Source of the DNA: Spirochaetota bacterium
Lineage (GTDB): Bacteria > Spirochaetota > Spirochaetia > Treponematales > UBA12059
NCBI GenBank assembly: GCA_029547205.1
Contig: JAKPPT010000068.1
Coordinates: forward strand, 41,922 to 105,921
Direction of reading: 5' to 3'
Length of the DNA stretch: 64,000 bases
Each line of letters begins with the position of its first letter. The stretch's first letter is position 1. The position numbers and the translations under genes were made by a program. This document shows positions 43,464 through 53,639 of this stretch, piece after piece. The notes under the pieces were generated by a model, which had not been told where the DNA came from, ran no database searches, and was given only the letters and a program-made list of their open reading frames with translations.

Positions 43464-44021
43464 ATGAGAAAAAAAGTTATCGCTATCCTTGTGGTACTCG
43501 CGTTTTCGGTAGTAATTGTGTGTGCTCAGGAGGAAGTGAGAATTGTAACACCTTTTACGGATGCTGGTGGCATGACGGGGCTCATCCTTGAGGCAACGGG
43601 GTATGGTTTGGTTATCGGCGCCGGCGTGGCTGCGAGCGACCGGGACATGCTCGGCGCCGCACTCGTGCTCTTTGCCATAGCGCCGATTTGCTCAACTGCG
43701 GGAGCATGGCTCTTCCATGGCTTTATGGTGCGAACGACAAATTTTTGGGCAAAAAATGGTGTCAGTTTCGATGCGTCAGGCTACATCAAGGCGTCGAATA
43801 CCTATGCCATAATCACAACTTCGGCCATGGTGGCATCTATTCTGACCGGATTATTGATACCGGATACTGCTGGCGTAATAGTCTCGCTCGTTTGTTCGGG
43901 AGTATCGGTCTGCGCCGATATCATAGCGCTCTACGGAGTCAGGCTTGCGTGGACCAATGCAATCAACAAGGCAATTGTCTCGTCCGGTGTTGATTGGAAA
44001 ACGATACAGTCTACAAAGTAA
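43464..44021 (+). CDS. Hypothetical secreted/membrane Gly-Ala-rich protein
   Basis: Signal peptide; GC-rich codon usage unlike the flanking DNA. Confidence 0.55.
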   Translation: MRKKVIAILVVLAFSVVIVCAQEEVRIVTPFTDAGGMTGLILEATGYGLVIGAGVAASDRDMLGAALVLFAIAPICSTAGAWLFHGFMVRTTNFWAKNGVSFDASGYIKASNTYAIITTSAMVASILTGLLIPDTAGVIVSLVCSGVSVCADIIALYGVRLAWTNAINKAIVSSGVDWKTIQSTK

Positions 44022-44066
44022 CATGTTTTAATACATGCGTATATCAAAGCAAAGGGGGGAATTAAT

Positions 44067-44519
44067 ATGAAAACCAAGCAAGTTGTTTTTGCAACGATCA
44101 TGCCGATTGCGGTACTCGCGATGGCATTGGTCGCGCTAGTTGCAGGATGCGCACTCCTTGACCTTTTCAACAGCGTGAAATTCAACACTATTATTGAAGG
44201 CGAAATCGAATACAGCGACGAGCACAGTGAAGATTCTAACGACCTCATGTTTTACTGGGATTACTACGAGGTTACACTCAAGACTGGGAAATCATACTCC
44301 ATCGAGCTTTGGACTGATCCCGGCTGTCCTATCCATTTTGAGTGCGATGACCTTGGACAGGATCTAGGAGCCTGGAGCGATGGAGACGGTACCTGGGACG
44401 GATACCTTAAGTACACTATTCCATCATCCTTTACCGGTAAGCTCGGCTTTGATTTTTACCTGCGTGCTGACTTTGTTGGCAGCAGAAGTTGGTACAAGTT
44501 CAGGGTGAACGAAAATTAA
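44067..44519 (+). CDS. Hypothetical lipoprotein
   Basis: Lipobox LVAGC; acidic, Trp-rich mature part. Confidence 0.6.
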   Translation: MKTKQVVFATIMPIAVLAMALVALVAGCALLDLFNSVKFNTIIEGEIEYSDEHSEDSNDLMFYWDYYEVTLKTGKSYSIELWTDPGCPIHFECDDLGQDLGAWSDGDGTWDGYLKYTIPSSFTGKLGFDFYLRADFVGSRSWYKFRVNEN

Positions 44520-44526
44520 GAAAAAC

Positions 44527-44560
44527 AACCCCACCCGATATACTTGAGTGGGGTTTCGTT
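44527..44560 (+). terminator. Rho-independent terminator
   Basis: AACCCCAC-N13-GTGGGGTT followed by TCGTTG. Confidence 0.5.
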
Positions 44561-45015
44561 GTAGTTATTATAAAATATTAGCATCCTAACGGTAATATAA
44601 GCAGTACTATCAGCATACAACTTGAAATGAAAATATACTTATGCTTCTTGCATGTAACCATAAAACCTGCTGTGAGTATATTCATGAAACAAAAGGTTCC
44701 CATGAAGAAAGCAGCCATAATGCTTTTAGCATCATATCAAATGTATGATTGCTTTATCTCTTGCGGTCACGGCAATCTATTTTAAGCACACAAAACTATT
44801 GTTGAAGTTAAAATTAGTAAGCCATGCTTTGTACTATTTCACAATTAAGTTATTTTTTATAACTATCAATATTGATTCGTTACAGATTACTTGTCCCTTT
44901 ATTGTATTTAAGTATCGGAGGTAATGGGTGTCCGTTATAAAAACATGCTGTCCACTCCAGCTTCGCCTGAACATATCATCACGCTATATTCAGAACCGAT
45001 ATCGCCATCGGTTCT

Positions 45016-45735
45016 GTGCCGCGTTTTCGTATTGTAGATTCCAGCTCGCATGCTGAAATAGCATCTGGTCGCATTGGCACTTATGGCATCATACGGAACG
45101 CTCCCTGCTTTATCGTAGACGCGGTAAAATCAGGTTCCTACGGGTTTGTCGATTATGGGTATGCACTGGAAGGTATTGCTCTCTGGGCAGCGGGTGCAGG
45201 ACTGGGATCCTGCTGGCTCGGTGGCACCTTTAACCGCTCATCTGTGTCTACTTCAATGAGCTTAGCTCCTGACGAAATAGTACCCGCGATCATGTCTATA
45301 GGTGAACCTGCAGAACGGCGTACCTTCATTGATGCAACGATGCGAATACTTGCTGGTTCCAGAAACCGTAAGCCGTGGAGTGAACTCTTTTTTGATAACC
45401 AGTTTGATATTCCTCTCGTAGATGCAGGACCGTGGACACGAGCGCTGGAGGCTGTTCGCATTGGACCGTCAGCTTCAAACAAACAACCATGGCGTATGGT
45501 GCGAACTGCCAGTGGTAACAAGATAGCGTTCCATTTGTTTCTCCATGAAGACCGGGCGAACAACACTGCCATAAGCGGTATCCGTATCCAGGAATTGGAC
45601 ATCGGTATCGCCATGAGGCACTTTGAAGCTGCTGCCCTATCCCTGGGGTTACCTGGCAAATGGACTCCCCTTGAGACAGTTCCGGTGGATTACAAAGAAC
45701 CGTTACAGTATTTCAGCAGCTGGATAACTTACTGA
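45016..45735 (+). CDS. Nitroreductase-fold protein (TM1586-like family); GTG start, N-terminus possibly disrupted
   Basis: GYALEGIALWAAGAGLGSCWLGG is the nitroreductase-fold signature. See the finding on an upstream out-of-frame ATG with a strong RBS. Confidence 0.6.
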   Translation: MPRFRIVDSSSHAEIASGRIGTYGIIRNAPCFIVDAVKSGSYGFVDYGYALEGIALWAAGAGLGSCWLGGTFNRSSVSTSMSLAPDEIVPAIMSIGEPAERRTFIDATMRILAGSRNRKPWSELFFDNQFDIPLVDAGPWTRALEAVRIGPSASNKQPWRMVRTASGNKIAFHLFLHEDRANNTAISGIRIQELDIGIAMRHFEAAALSLGLPGKWTPLETVPVDYKEPLQYFSSWITY

Positions 45736-45866
45736 CAAAATATTGAGTGGCAAATCTTCTTTGACAGGATAGTATGTTTGGTAAGTATATCTCTTCAACA
45801 CCCAAACTAAAAATATGCAATAAATACCTTACGTCCAATTGTAACATCGAGAATGTTTTAAGCATT

Positions 45867-45888
45867 CACAAGCTTCCTGTCACTAAAG
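45867..45888 (+). repeat. Copy of the repeat family (CACAAGCTTCCTGTCACTAAAG)
   Basis: Direct read. Confidence 0.85.
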
Positions 45889-45944
45889 CTCCTTTACAAC
45901 ACCCGTAACTCTGCTATCATTATATGTATCCAGAGGAGGGCACC

Positions 45945-46745
45945 ATGCTTATTCTAGGTATCGTTATTGCTGTTATTGGTGTTATTGTATTTATTGTGAG
46001 AACCGGGCAGGTTAAAAAAGGCGAACTTATTGCTGGAACGGAAACTTCCCGAGTGGGAGAACTTTTGGAAACAGCTAAAAGCGTCGCGCAGGAAATAGGC
46101 GCAGGTTCATTTAATCAATTTGTAGAGATAAAAGGAACAACTGTGTGCAACGCTCCGCTTACCTCAGAACTAGCTAGAGTACCCTGTGTCCATTACAGTT
46201 TGACTGTTACAAGGGAATGGGAAGAAACTTACTGGGATAAGGACTCCGAAGGCAGAAGCGTCCAGCGCACCCGGAGTGGCTCAGATATCGTAGCCAGTAA
46301 CAACCGATCAACAATCTTTTATGTTGATGATGGCACTGGTCGTGTACGGGTTAATCCAGAAGGGGCTGAACTCATAAAAGAAAAAGCATTTTCACAGTTT
46401 CAGCCAGGCGAAGCACAGGGTTCAACTCTCCGTATCGGTGCGTTCTCGTTTAATATTGAGAATATCGGTGTGAATCTCGGAGGCGGCAGAAGAACACTTG
46501 GCTACCGGTATGAGGAACACATCATCCCCGTAGGAAAACCAGTGTACATTCTAGGCGAAGCCAGTGATGCAAGCGGTGAACTTACCATTATCAAACCTAC
46601 AGAAAAAGGCAAAAAGCTGCTCATCAGTGTTAAGAGCGAAGAAGAACTCATGAAGAGTGTCTCGACGACTAAACTGGTACTCCTCATTATCGCATGCTTA
46701 CTCTTAGCCGGTGGCGCTGTACTAATAGTGCTCAGTCTGTTCTGA
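45945..46745 (+). CDS. Hypothetical membrane protein with N- and C-terminal TM anchors (GIDE-like topology)
   Basis: Start placed at MLILGIV with a GAGGAGGG RBS; C-terminal hydrophobic helix. Confidence 0.6.
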   Translation: MLILGIVIAVIGVIVFIVRTGQVKKGELIAGTETSRVGELLETAKSVAQEIGAGSFNQFVEIKGTTVCNAPLTSELARVPCVHYSLTVTREWEETYWDKDSEGRSVQRTRSGSDIVASNNRSTIFYVDDGTGRVRVNPEGAELIKEKAFSQFQPGEAQGSTLRIGAFSFNIENIGVNLGGGRRTLGYRYEEHIIPVGKPVYILGEASDASGELTIIKPTEKGKKLLISVKSEEELMKSVSTTKLVLLIIACLLLAGGAVLIVLSLF

Positions 46746-46750
46746 ATGCT

Positions 46751-46828
46751 CACAAGCTTCGTGGCACTAACCACAAGCTTCGTGGCACTAGGCATGTGCT
46801 GGATACTCACAAGCTTCCTGACACTAAA
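46751..46828 (+). repeat. Tandem triplet of the 20-bp intergenic repeat CACAAGCTTC(G/C)TG(G/A)CACTA(A/G)
   Basis: Copies at 46751-46770, 46772-46791 (21-bp period) and 46808-46828. Confidence 0.9.
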
Positions 46829-46882
46829 TTCAGGTTGATGAAAGCTCATTAATCTGCTAGCATAAGACATGAGGTAGACCTA

Positions 46883-47860
46883 TTGTCAGATTCAGCTTGT
46901 CTTGTTATTGATGAATTGCCCCTGCTCAGAAACATCTGCGGTGCAAATGATTACAATTTGCGCATCATTGAGCGGCTTTTGGGCTGCAAGATTTTCTCGA
47001 AGGGCAACGAACTCATTGTTGAACATGCAGATGAAACAACACGTACATTATTTTTCAGGCTCATTCAAGAACTCTCTGAAGCAATAAAAGAGGGGATACC
47101 GCCAAATCCCGAACTCATCACAGCACTGCATGCATCGCTCCTTGCCAGTCAAAAACCTGAGCACAACCAGGAACCGCATGGCACCGAGCTTTTTACCGAA
47201 AATGCCATTCAGGTGCCAGGAGCATTTGAAAAAATATTTCCCCGGTCTGTGAACCAGGCGCACTACATCAAAGCGCTTTCCGAATATGATATAACTTTTG
47301 CAACGGGTCCAGCTGGTACTGGCAAAACGTTCCTTGCTGTCGCATGGGCACTCAGGGAGGTGCTCTCTAAGACCAGGAAAAAGCTTGTGCTTACCCGCCC
47401 TGTTGTTGAAGCAGGAGAAAGTCTAGGTTTCCTCCCCGGCGACCTCACACAAAAAATTAGTCCGTATCTCCGGCCACTCTATGATGCTATGGAAGCAATC
47501 ATCCCGTTTGAAACAATCCAACGGCTTGAAGAAACACATGTTATCGAAATAGCACCGCTTGCATATATGCGCGGAAGGAGCTTGAACAACTGCATTGTCA
47601 TTTTAGATGAAGCGCAAAACACGACCCGCGAGCAGATGAAAATGTTCCTCACCCGCCTCGGCCAGCATGCAAAAGCCATTGTAACAGGTGATCTGACACA
47701 GATCGATTTACCCAAAAAGTCGGATTCAGGTCTCTCTCATGCACTGTCGGTAATCTCATCGATACCAGAGATTTATATCTCCCGGTTTGATGGCAGGGAT
47801 GTAGTACGAAATCCTTTAATAAAGAAAATTATAGAAGCCTATGAATCTGAACCATATTAA
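46883..47860 (+). CDS. ybeZ: PhoH-like ATPase (YbeZ)
   Basis: Walker A GPAGTGKTF; PhoH family. TTG start. Confidence 0.85.
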   Translation: MSDSACLVIDELPLLRNICGANDYNLRIIERLLGCKIFSKGNELIVEHADETTRTLFFRLIQELSEAIKEGIPPNPELITALHASLLASQKPEHNQEPHGTELFTENAIQVPGAFEKIFPRSVNQAHYIKALSEYDITFATGPAGTGKTFLAVAWALREVLSKTRKKLVLTRPVVEAGESLGFLPGDLTQKISPYLRPLYDAMEAIIPFETIQRLEETHVIEIAPLAYMRGRSLNNCIVILDEAQNTTREQMKMFLTRLGQHAKAIVTGDLTQIDLPKKSDSGLSHALSVISSIPEIYISRFDGRDVVRNPLIKKIIEAYESEPY

Positions 47861-50084
47861 AAAACAATCACAAGCACCATCTGAAACCATACACGCTGTA
47901 ATCACTTTGTATTCAATGAAACTTACAAGACGTCAGTTTATCTATGCACTGCTTGCTTTTCTAATATGCAGTCTCACGATGGTGCTCACACGGCTCATTC
48001 CAGAAGTAAACATAAACAGCGGGATTGAAGTTGGGAAAGTTGCAGACAGAGACATTGTAGCTAACGAAGACATCATATACATCGATCAGGAGGCAACACA
48101 GCGCCTCATCATGCAGGAAAAAAACAAAGCCGCTCCTATTTTTGTGATTGATGACCGAGTCACGCAGAAGATCATGCAAAATTTCCAGAAGTTTAAGGAA
48201 CAGACGTTGCTCCTCCTACGAGACAAACTGCCGCAGGAAGAAGTCATAGTGGCACTTGAGAAGCAATTTGGAACCAGAGTTAGCCGTGAGACAGTCCAGA
48301 AACTTACAAGCTTCCCTGCACCAGCTGCTGTGCTTGCGGAAACAGAAAAAATCCTCATAAAAGTACTCGAAAAAGGTATTGTAGCTTTTCCAGATTCAGG
48401 TCTCGAAGAATTCAATTCACAGATTATCGAGCTTCAATACTGGAAAAACAGCACACTGCATTACGAGCAAATTGCGATAGACAATGTGTACACGATTACC
48501 ACACTGAATAGAGCCATTCAAACCGCAATCAAAACTTCCGGGATTAATTCATCAGCTATAGCAAACCTTGTAGCAGCACTCTCAACTGCCTTCATTGAAG
48601 AAAATGCTTTCTTTGATGCTCAGAAAAGCCAGAAACGGCTCCAATCTATTGAAACATCTACGGAACCGGTATTGCGGCAGATTACAAAAGGCGAAAAAAT
48701 AATCCGCAAGGGCTTTATCATTACTGATCGGGACACCGAAGAGTACAAAGCGCTGCAGATCCATTCGATGCGCTTTAATATACCGCTCATTCTCGGAACC
48801 AGCCTTATTATTGCTATTTTCTTTTTTGGCATTCTCTTTTTGCTTAAAAGCAATTTTACTGGTTTTGAACTGCCAGGAAACTACTGGTTTTTTGTGCTCT
48901 ACACTGCTACTGTGTATTTTATTATTGTCAATTTGCTGTTTACAATTGTTCCCGAAACCCGACAGACGCTCATTCCTGTGTTCCTTCCGGGAGCTCTCAT
49001 CACAATGGTGATGACAATACTCATCAATGAGCGTTTTTCACTCCTGTTTTCTATATTTATAGCGGTACTCTATCTCATCGCAAGCAATTTTGATGGAATT
49101 GGAACTATCGCTGTCTTGCTCTCCGGCCTCATCAGCACCAATTTTGCTATGCGTACGGAACAGCGCATCGATCTCATCCGTTCTGCACTTCAAATTGCAG
49201 CATACCAATTTGGTATTGGCTTTGTCATATCAATGCTGCGTGAAACGTATATCACCAATTTTTTCCTGAACGGTCTCTGGTTTGGTATTAACGGTTTCTT
49301 ATGTGGCACCCTGACTTTGGGCTTTCTACCCATACTGGAACACTGGTTCAATGCTCCAACCGTATTTAGACTCCAGGAACTTTCGGATCTCAACAACCCG
49401 ATTCTTAAGCGTCTCCTCACACTTGCTCCTGGCACATATGCTCATTCCGTGACAGTGGCTCATCTTGCAGAATCAGCTTGTCTTGCAATTGGTGCTTCAC
49501 CAATACTTGCCCGCGTTGGTTCCTACTATCACGATCTTGGTAAAATGGAGCAGCCCGAATACTTTATAGAAAATCAAGCTGGCTATAACAAGCACAATGA
49601 GATTAAACCCAATCTATCAGCTACTATTCTTAAGAGTCACGTGCAGTTTGGTATTGAACGTGCACGGGAACTTGGTCTCCCCGAAGTCATTATTGACATT
49701 ATCAGCCAGCACCATGGCACGAGCCTCATGCACTATTTCTTTAATGAAATGAAAAAAATCGATCCCAATGCCGAGCCTAACCAATTCCGTTATTCGGGAC
49801 CGCTTCCACAGAGCAAGGAAGCTGCTGTTGTGATGCTTGCTGATTCGGTAGAAGCTGCTTCCCGGGTTATTAAAAAACCAAATATCCAAAAACTTGAACA
49901 GATGATCGATGAAGTCGTTAAAGGAAAAATTGAAGAAGACCAATTCAGTGCCTGTAACCTCACATTTAAAGATATCGAACTCATCGAAAATGCCTTTGTC
50001 AGGGTACTTGCAGGCCATTTCCATTCCCGTATAGAATACCCTAAAATACAACTAGAAAACAGTAAACCTATGGAAGAAAAGTAA
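47841..50084 (+). CDS. 7TM-receptor with intracellular HD hydrolase domain (YqfF-type)
   Basis: Extracellular N-terminal domain, 7 TM helices, and an HD domain (HDLGK...HH). Confidence 0.8.
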   Translation: MNLNHIKKQSQAPSETIHAVITLYSMKLTRRQFIYALLAFLICSLTMVLTRLIPEVNINSGIEVGKVADRDIVANEDIIYIDQEATQRLIMQEKNKAAPIFVIDDRVTQKIMQNFQKFKEQTLLLLRDKLPQEEVIVALEKQFGTRVSRETVQKLTSFPAPAAVLAETEKILIKVLEKGIVAFPDSGLEEFNSQIIELQYWKNSTLHYEQIAIDNVYTITTLNRAIQTAIKTSGINSSAIANLVAALSTAFIEENAFFDAQKSQKRLQSIETSTEPVLRQITKGEKIIRKGFIITDRDTEEYKALQIHSMRFNIPLILGTSLIIAIFFFGILFLLKSNFTGFELPGNYWFFVLYTATVYFIIVNLLFTIVPETRQTLIPVFLPGALITMVMTILINERFSLLFSIFIAVLYLIASNFDGIGTIAVLLSGLISTNFAMRTEQRIDLIRSALQIAAYQFGIGFVISMLRETYITNFFLNGLWFGINGFLCGTLTLGFLPILEHWFNAPTVFRLQELSDLNNPILKRLLTLAPGTYAHSVTVAHLAESACLAIGASPILARVGSYYHDLGKMEQPEYFIENQAGYNKHNEIKPNLSATILKSHVQFGIERARELGLPEVIIDIISQHHGTSLMHYFFNEMKKIDPNAEPNQFRYSGPLPQSKEAAVVMLADSVEAASRVIKKPNIQKLEQMIDEVVKGKIEEDQFSACNLTFKDIELIENAFVRVLAGHFHSRIEYPKIQLENSKPMEEK

Positions 50085-50542
50085 TGAATTCAATTTTAAT
50101 TGATGCGCAGGGGGTGGAACCCCCACCAGAAACCGAATCGCTCCTTCGCTTTGCCCATACAGTACTCGAAACATTAGAGAAATCCAATTGGGAGATTTCT
50201 ATTCTCTTTACCGATGATATACTCATACAAAACCTGAACAAACAGTACCGAAACAAAGATGAGCCCACCGATGTTCTCTCATTTGAACAGGGCACATACT
50301 ACGAACTTCCGGACGGCACTACTCAATTCTTGGCTGGTGATATTGCTATTTCACTTCCAGCAGTTGCTCGTAATGCCGAAAATTGGAATGTACCATATGC
50401 TGAAGAACTGCACAGATTGCTCCTGCATGGTATACTGCACCTTGCAGGGTATGATCACACAACTAATGATGCTTCTGAACCCATGCTTATAAAGCAGGAA
50501 GCACTCATGCAATCTTTATATATGCATCAGGAACGGAAATGA
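50084..50542 (+). CDS. ybeY: rRNA maturation endoribonuclease YbeY
   Basis: HGILHLAGYDH zinc motif. Confidence 0.9.
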   Translation: MNSILIDAQGVEPPPETESLLRFAHTVLETLEKSNWEISILFTDDILIQNLNKQYRNKDEPTDVLSFEQGTYYELPDGTTQFLAGDIAISLPAVARNAENWNVPYAEELHRLLLHGILHLAGYDHTTNDASEPMLIKQEALMQSLYMHQERK

Positions 50543-51321
50543 CTATACCAGATTTTTTCAAACGACTATTCAAAACAAACCAGCATCCCGAAACAGATGT
50601 CAGTAATGATGAACGCAAAGAAATGATTCGTGGCATTGAGGAACTTTCTGAAACCACCGTCAAGGAAGTCATGGTACCGCGAATCGATGTTGTCTTTTTG
50701 CCAGTCGACGCAACACAGGAGGAAATACTTACTACCGTTAGCTCATGCGGACATTCACGAATTCCTGTATACCGTGAGAGTATCGATGAGGTTATTGGAG
50801 TGCTGTATGTTAAGGATCTGCTCCAGGCACTCATGAAACATGAGCCAATTAACCTGGAAGCAATTATCCGTAAACCATTTTTTGTGCCAGATTCCAAACG
50901 CATCGATTCTTTGTTAAGAGAATTCAAGCGGCGCCATGTACATATTGCAATTGCAATTGACGAATATGGTGGCGTATCCGGTATTGTTTGCATGGAAGAT
51001 ATTATTGAAGAAATCGTTGGCGATATTCAGGACGAGTTTGACAATGAAACCGAAGAAATTATTAAACTCAGTGAGGGCACCTGGCTTATCGACGCTCGCA
51101 TTAACCTTGATGATCTCAATGAACAGCTTAATCTAAAAATTCCCACCGATGAGTTTGATACACTCGGTGGTTTTGTGTTTGATCTTTTCGGAAAAATCCC
51201 GGCACGTTATGAAAAAGTTACCTGGAATAATTTAGAATTTATTGTACAGGATATGGACGGTCATAAAGTCCACAGCATTAAACTTGTCCAGAAAAATGAG
51301 ACCAACCAGGAAGAGGCATGA
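50539..51321 (+). CDS. CBS-pair plus CorC/HlyC C-terminal domain protein
   Basis: Tandem CBS domains followed by a transporter-associated domain; YbeX/CorC-like. Confidence 0.8.
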   Translation: MTIPDFFKRLFKTNQHPETDVSNDERKEMIRGIEELSETTVKEVMVPRIDVVFLPVDATQEEILTTVSSCGHSRIPVYRESIDEVIGVLYVKDLLQALMKHEPINLEAIIRKPFFVPDSKRIDSLLREFKRRHVHIAIAIDEYGGVSGIVCMEDIIEEIVGDIQDEFDNETEEIIKLSEGTWLIDARINLDDLNEQLNLKIPTDEFDTLGGFVFDLFGKIPARYEKVTWNNLEFIVQDMDGHKVHSIKLVQKNETNQEEA

Positions 51322-53330
51322 AACAGAAAACACTGAAAGCTGCTTTTTTTCTATCACTCATTTTCATATTGTTGCTAACTGTAAACAGTCTCTTTGCACA
51401 GCAAACCAGTTTCCAGCTCACTGCTCCAGAACTCCTCGAGAAAGCTTCTATTGAATTTGCTGCCCGCAATTACTATCGTTCTATTGATTTTGCTCTGCAG
51501 TCAATTGCTGTAAACCCTGCGTATGCGCCTGCTTACGCGCTCCTTGCGCGTGCATTTTATAATCTGCAAGAGTTTTCCCAGAGCCTTGCATATTGCGCGA
51601 AAGCATTCCAGTACGGGGGGAGGCAACCGGAATGGGTAAACCTGAGCGGATTTTGCTCTCTTCAGACTGGGGATTTTTCCAGCGCAGAAAAAGCATTTAC
51701 AGAAGTTCTTGCCAAAATACCGGGTGACAGAGACGCTAATTTTGGCATGGCACTACTCGAAGTGCGCTCTGGTAAGACAGTCAACGCCGCTGCATACTTA
51801 AACAAAACACTCAAAGCCATACCCGATGATCCGCGAGCGCTCCTCAGCATGGCTGTGTTATCCCGTGCCGAAGGAAAAACCGAAGAGGCTTCCCGTTTCG
51901 TTCAGGAAGCTCTACGGTGGCTTGGAGATGAGCCAGCCCTTTACTACCTGATTGCGCTTGAATTTTTTGAGACAGGGAAAATTGGCGATGCCACAACCTT
52001 TGCGCAAAAAGCTGTTCAAAGCATGCCAGAGAACCCGCTGTTCCGCCAGCTCCTTGCACACCTGTACTACAGGCAGGGTGTGTACACCGATGCAATCAAT
52101 CAGATTACGGCAGCACTTGCTAAAGCACCAGATGATCGCAGGCTCCTCTATCTTCTGGGTATATCGTACGCTGGAGCTGGAAAAATTACCGAAGCATTGC
52201 AAACCTTAAAGTATCTTGCCAGCCTCTATCCAGATGATGAGCTAGCCCGGCTTGCAATGGAAAATATTGTTATGAAATATTATCCTATGGAAGCAATGCT
52301 TCGATCGGAATATGCAGATTACCGCTTTGGGCGAGCACGATCATTTAGAGACAACTATCTCCACGGTAAAGCACTGGCAGAATATCGCCGCGGTCTGCTC
52401 ATCTACCCCTATGCAAATACAGGCCGCCGCGAGTATGCTGAGCTTATAAAAATATCAGGACTCCCTGCAACCTACCTTGAAGAACTCCTCTTTCTACGCG
52501 ACATAGGCAAAGCTGACCGCGCAGTAAATGATGCCATTGAAGTGTACAATTCACTCCTTGCAGGAAGCGTATACCGATCCTGGAAGGTTACTCCACTCCA
52601 GCTCGGCACTGCCCCCTATTCGCTCGCTATCTATGCAACCGGTTCAGGTGGTATTCCTTGGCATCCTGGATGTGATATTCTTATAGCCCAATACCTTCGT
52701 GACACGCTGATATTTTCAAATCAGATACGACCTCAAACAACCATTAGTACCGTGAATACCTTTACCGATGCATTTGCATCAGCACGAGAAAGCGGCATGG
52801 ATTACTTTATCCTCCTTACAGCATATGAAACCGAACGTGATATCAGGATAAGCGTAGAACTCAGGCAGGCACGAACTGGTGTTCTTATCCGCTCTATTCA
52901 GGTGACACAGAGTGGCAATGAACGAATACAGCGCGCCTGTGACAGAATTCTTGATGAACTTGCACCTGCTTTTCAGCTTCGAGGCACTCTTATCAACAGA
53001 AAAGGCACATTGGGGCTAATCAATCTCGGGAAGAAAAACAAGGTAGAAAAAGGAAGTAAATTTTATATAATAAAGCGTGGCATGACAAGTATAAAGGCAG
53101 ATGGCACAGGACTTGTCTGGCCAGAGTCAGCGCTTATCGGCACATTTGAAGTAACCAAAACTGATGATGCCGTCGCTGAGGGTACAATACAATTCAATGG
53201 CCCTTTTGACGCTGTCAATATTGGAGACACCGTTGTGTTAATTCAAACAGAATCACCAAAAAACACTATTGTCCCCACACCAGCAGTGCCTTACCCATAC
53301 GTGTTTGAAACACTAAAGATGCTCTATTAG
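51318..53330 (+). CDS. Secreted TPR-repeat protein
   Basis: Signal peptide plus multiple TPR-like helical repeats. Confidence 0.7.
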   Translation: MKQKTLKAAFFLSLIFILLLTVNSLFAQQTSFQLTAPELLEKASIEFAARNYYRSIDFALQSIAVNPAYAPAYALLARAFYNLQEFSQSLAYCAKAFQYGGRQPEWVNLSGFCSLQTGDFSSAEKAFTEVLAKIPGDRDANFGMALLEVRSGKTVNAAAYLNKTLKAIPDDPRALLSMAVLSRAEGKTEEASRFVQEALRWLGDEPALYYLIALEFFETGKIGDATTFAQKAVQSMPENPLFRQLLAHLYYRQGVYTDAINQITAALAKAPDDRRLLYLLGISYAGAGKITEALQTLKYLASLYPDDELARLAMENIVMKYYPMEAMLRSEYADYRFGRARSFRDNYLHGKALAEYRRGLLIYPYANTGRREYAELIKISGLPATYLEELLFLRDIGKADRAVNDAIEVYNSLLAGSVYRSWKVTPLQLGTAPYSLAIYATGSGGIPWHPGCDILIAQYLRDTLIFSNQIRPQTTISTVNTFTDAFASARESGMDYFILLTAYETERDIRISVELRQARTGVLIRSIQVTQSGNERIQRACDRILDELAPAFQLRGTLINRKGTLGLINLGKKNKVEKGSKFYIIKRGMTSIKADGTGLVWPESALIGTFEVTKTDDAVAEGTIQFNGPFDAVNIGDTVVLIQTESPKNTIVPTPAVPYPYVFETLKMLY

Positions 53331-53639
53331 GTTTTGCCAATAGGTCTTTACAAACACCTTGCACCCTGTTACTGTGAGATCTTTCCACTTCCCGAATGCT
53401 GCGTACAGACACTAACCTGTGGTTGGTGTCAGGAAGCTTGTTAACAAACGCACCACAACAATATTTAGTATGTATATTTATACATCATACAACATATTGT
53501 TTACTCTCGGTAAAAACAATTTTGTAGTAAGTACAAACAACTTTTTCACATTCTTCATGACACCAGCACCATCTTGTTTCTGTACCTTCTTTCATGGTAT
53601 TGTATGAGCATCTCCGAGTTTTTATATCTACATCATACG

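Noticed and set aside
46755-46795. TGGCAC motifs inside the tandem repeats, considered as sigma-54 -24 elements because rpoN is present
   Set aside because: The spacing to any GC -12 element is wrong. Other repeat copies have TGACAC, TGTCAC or TAGCAC in place of TGGCAC.
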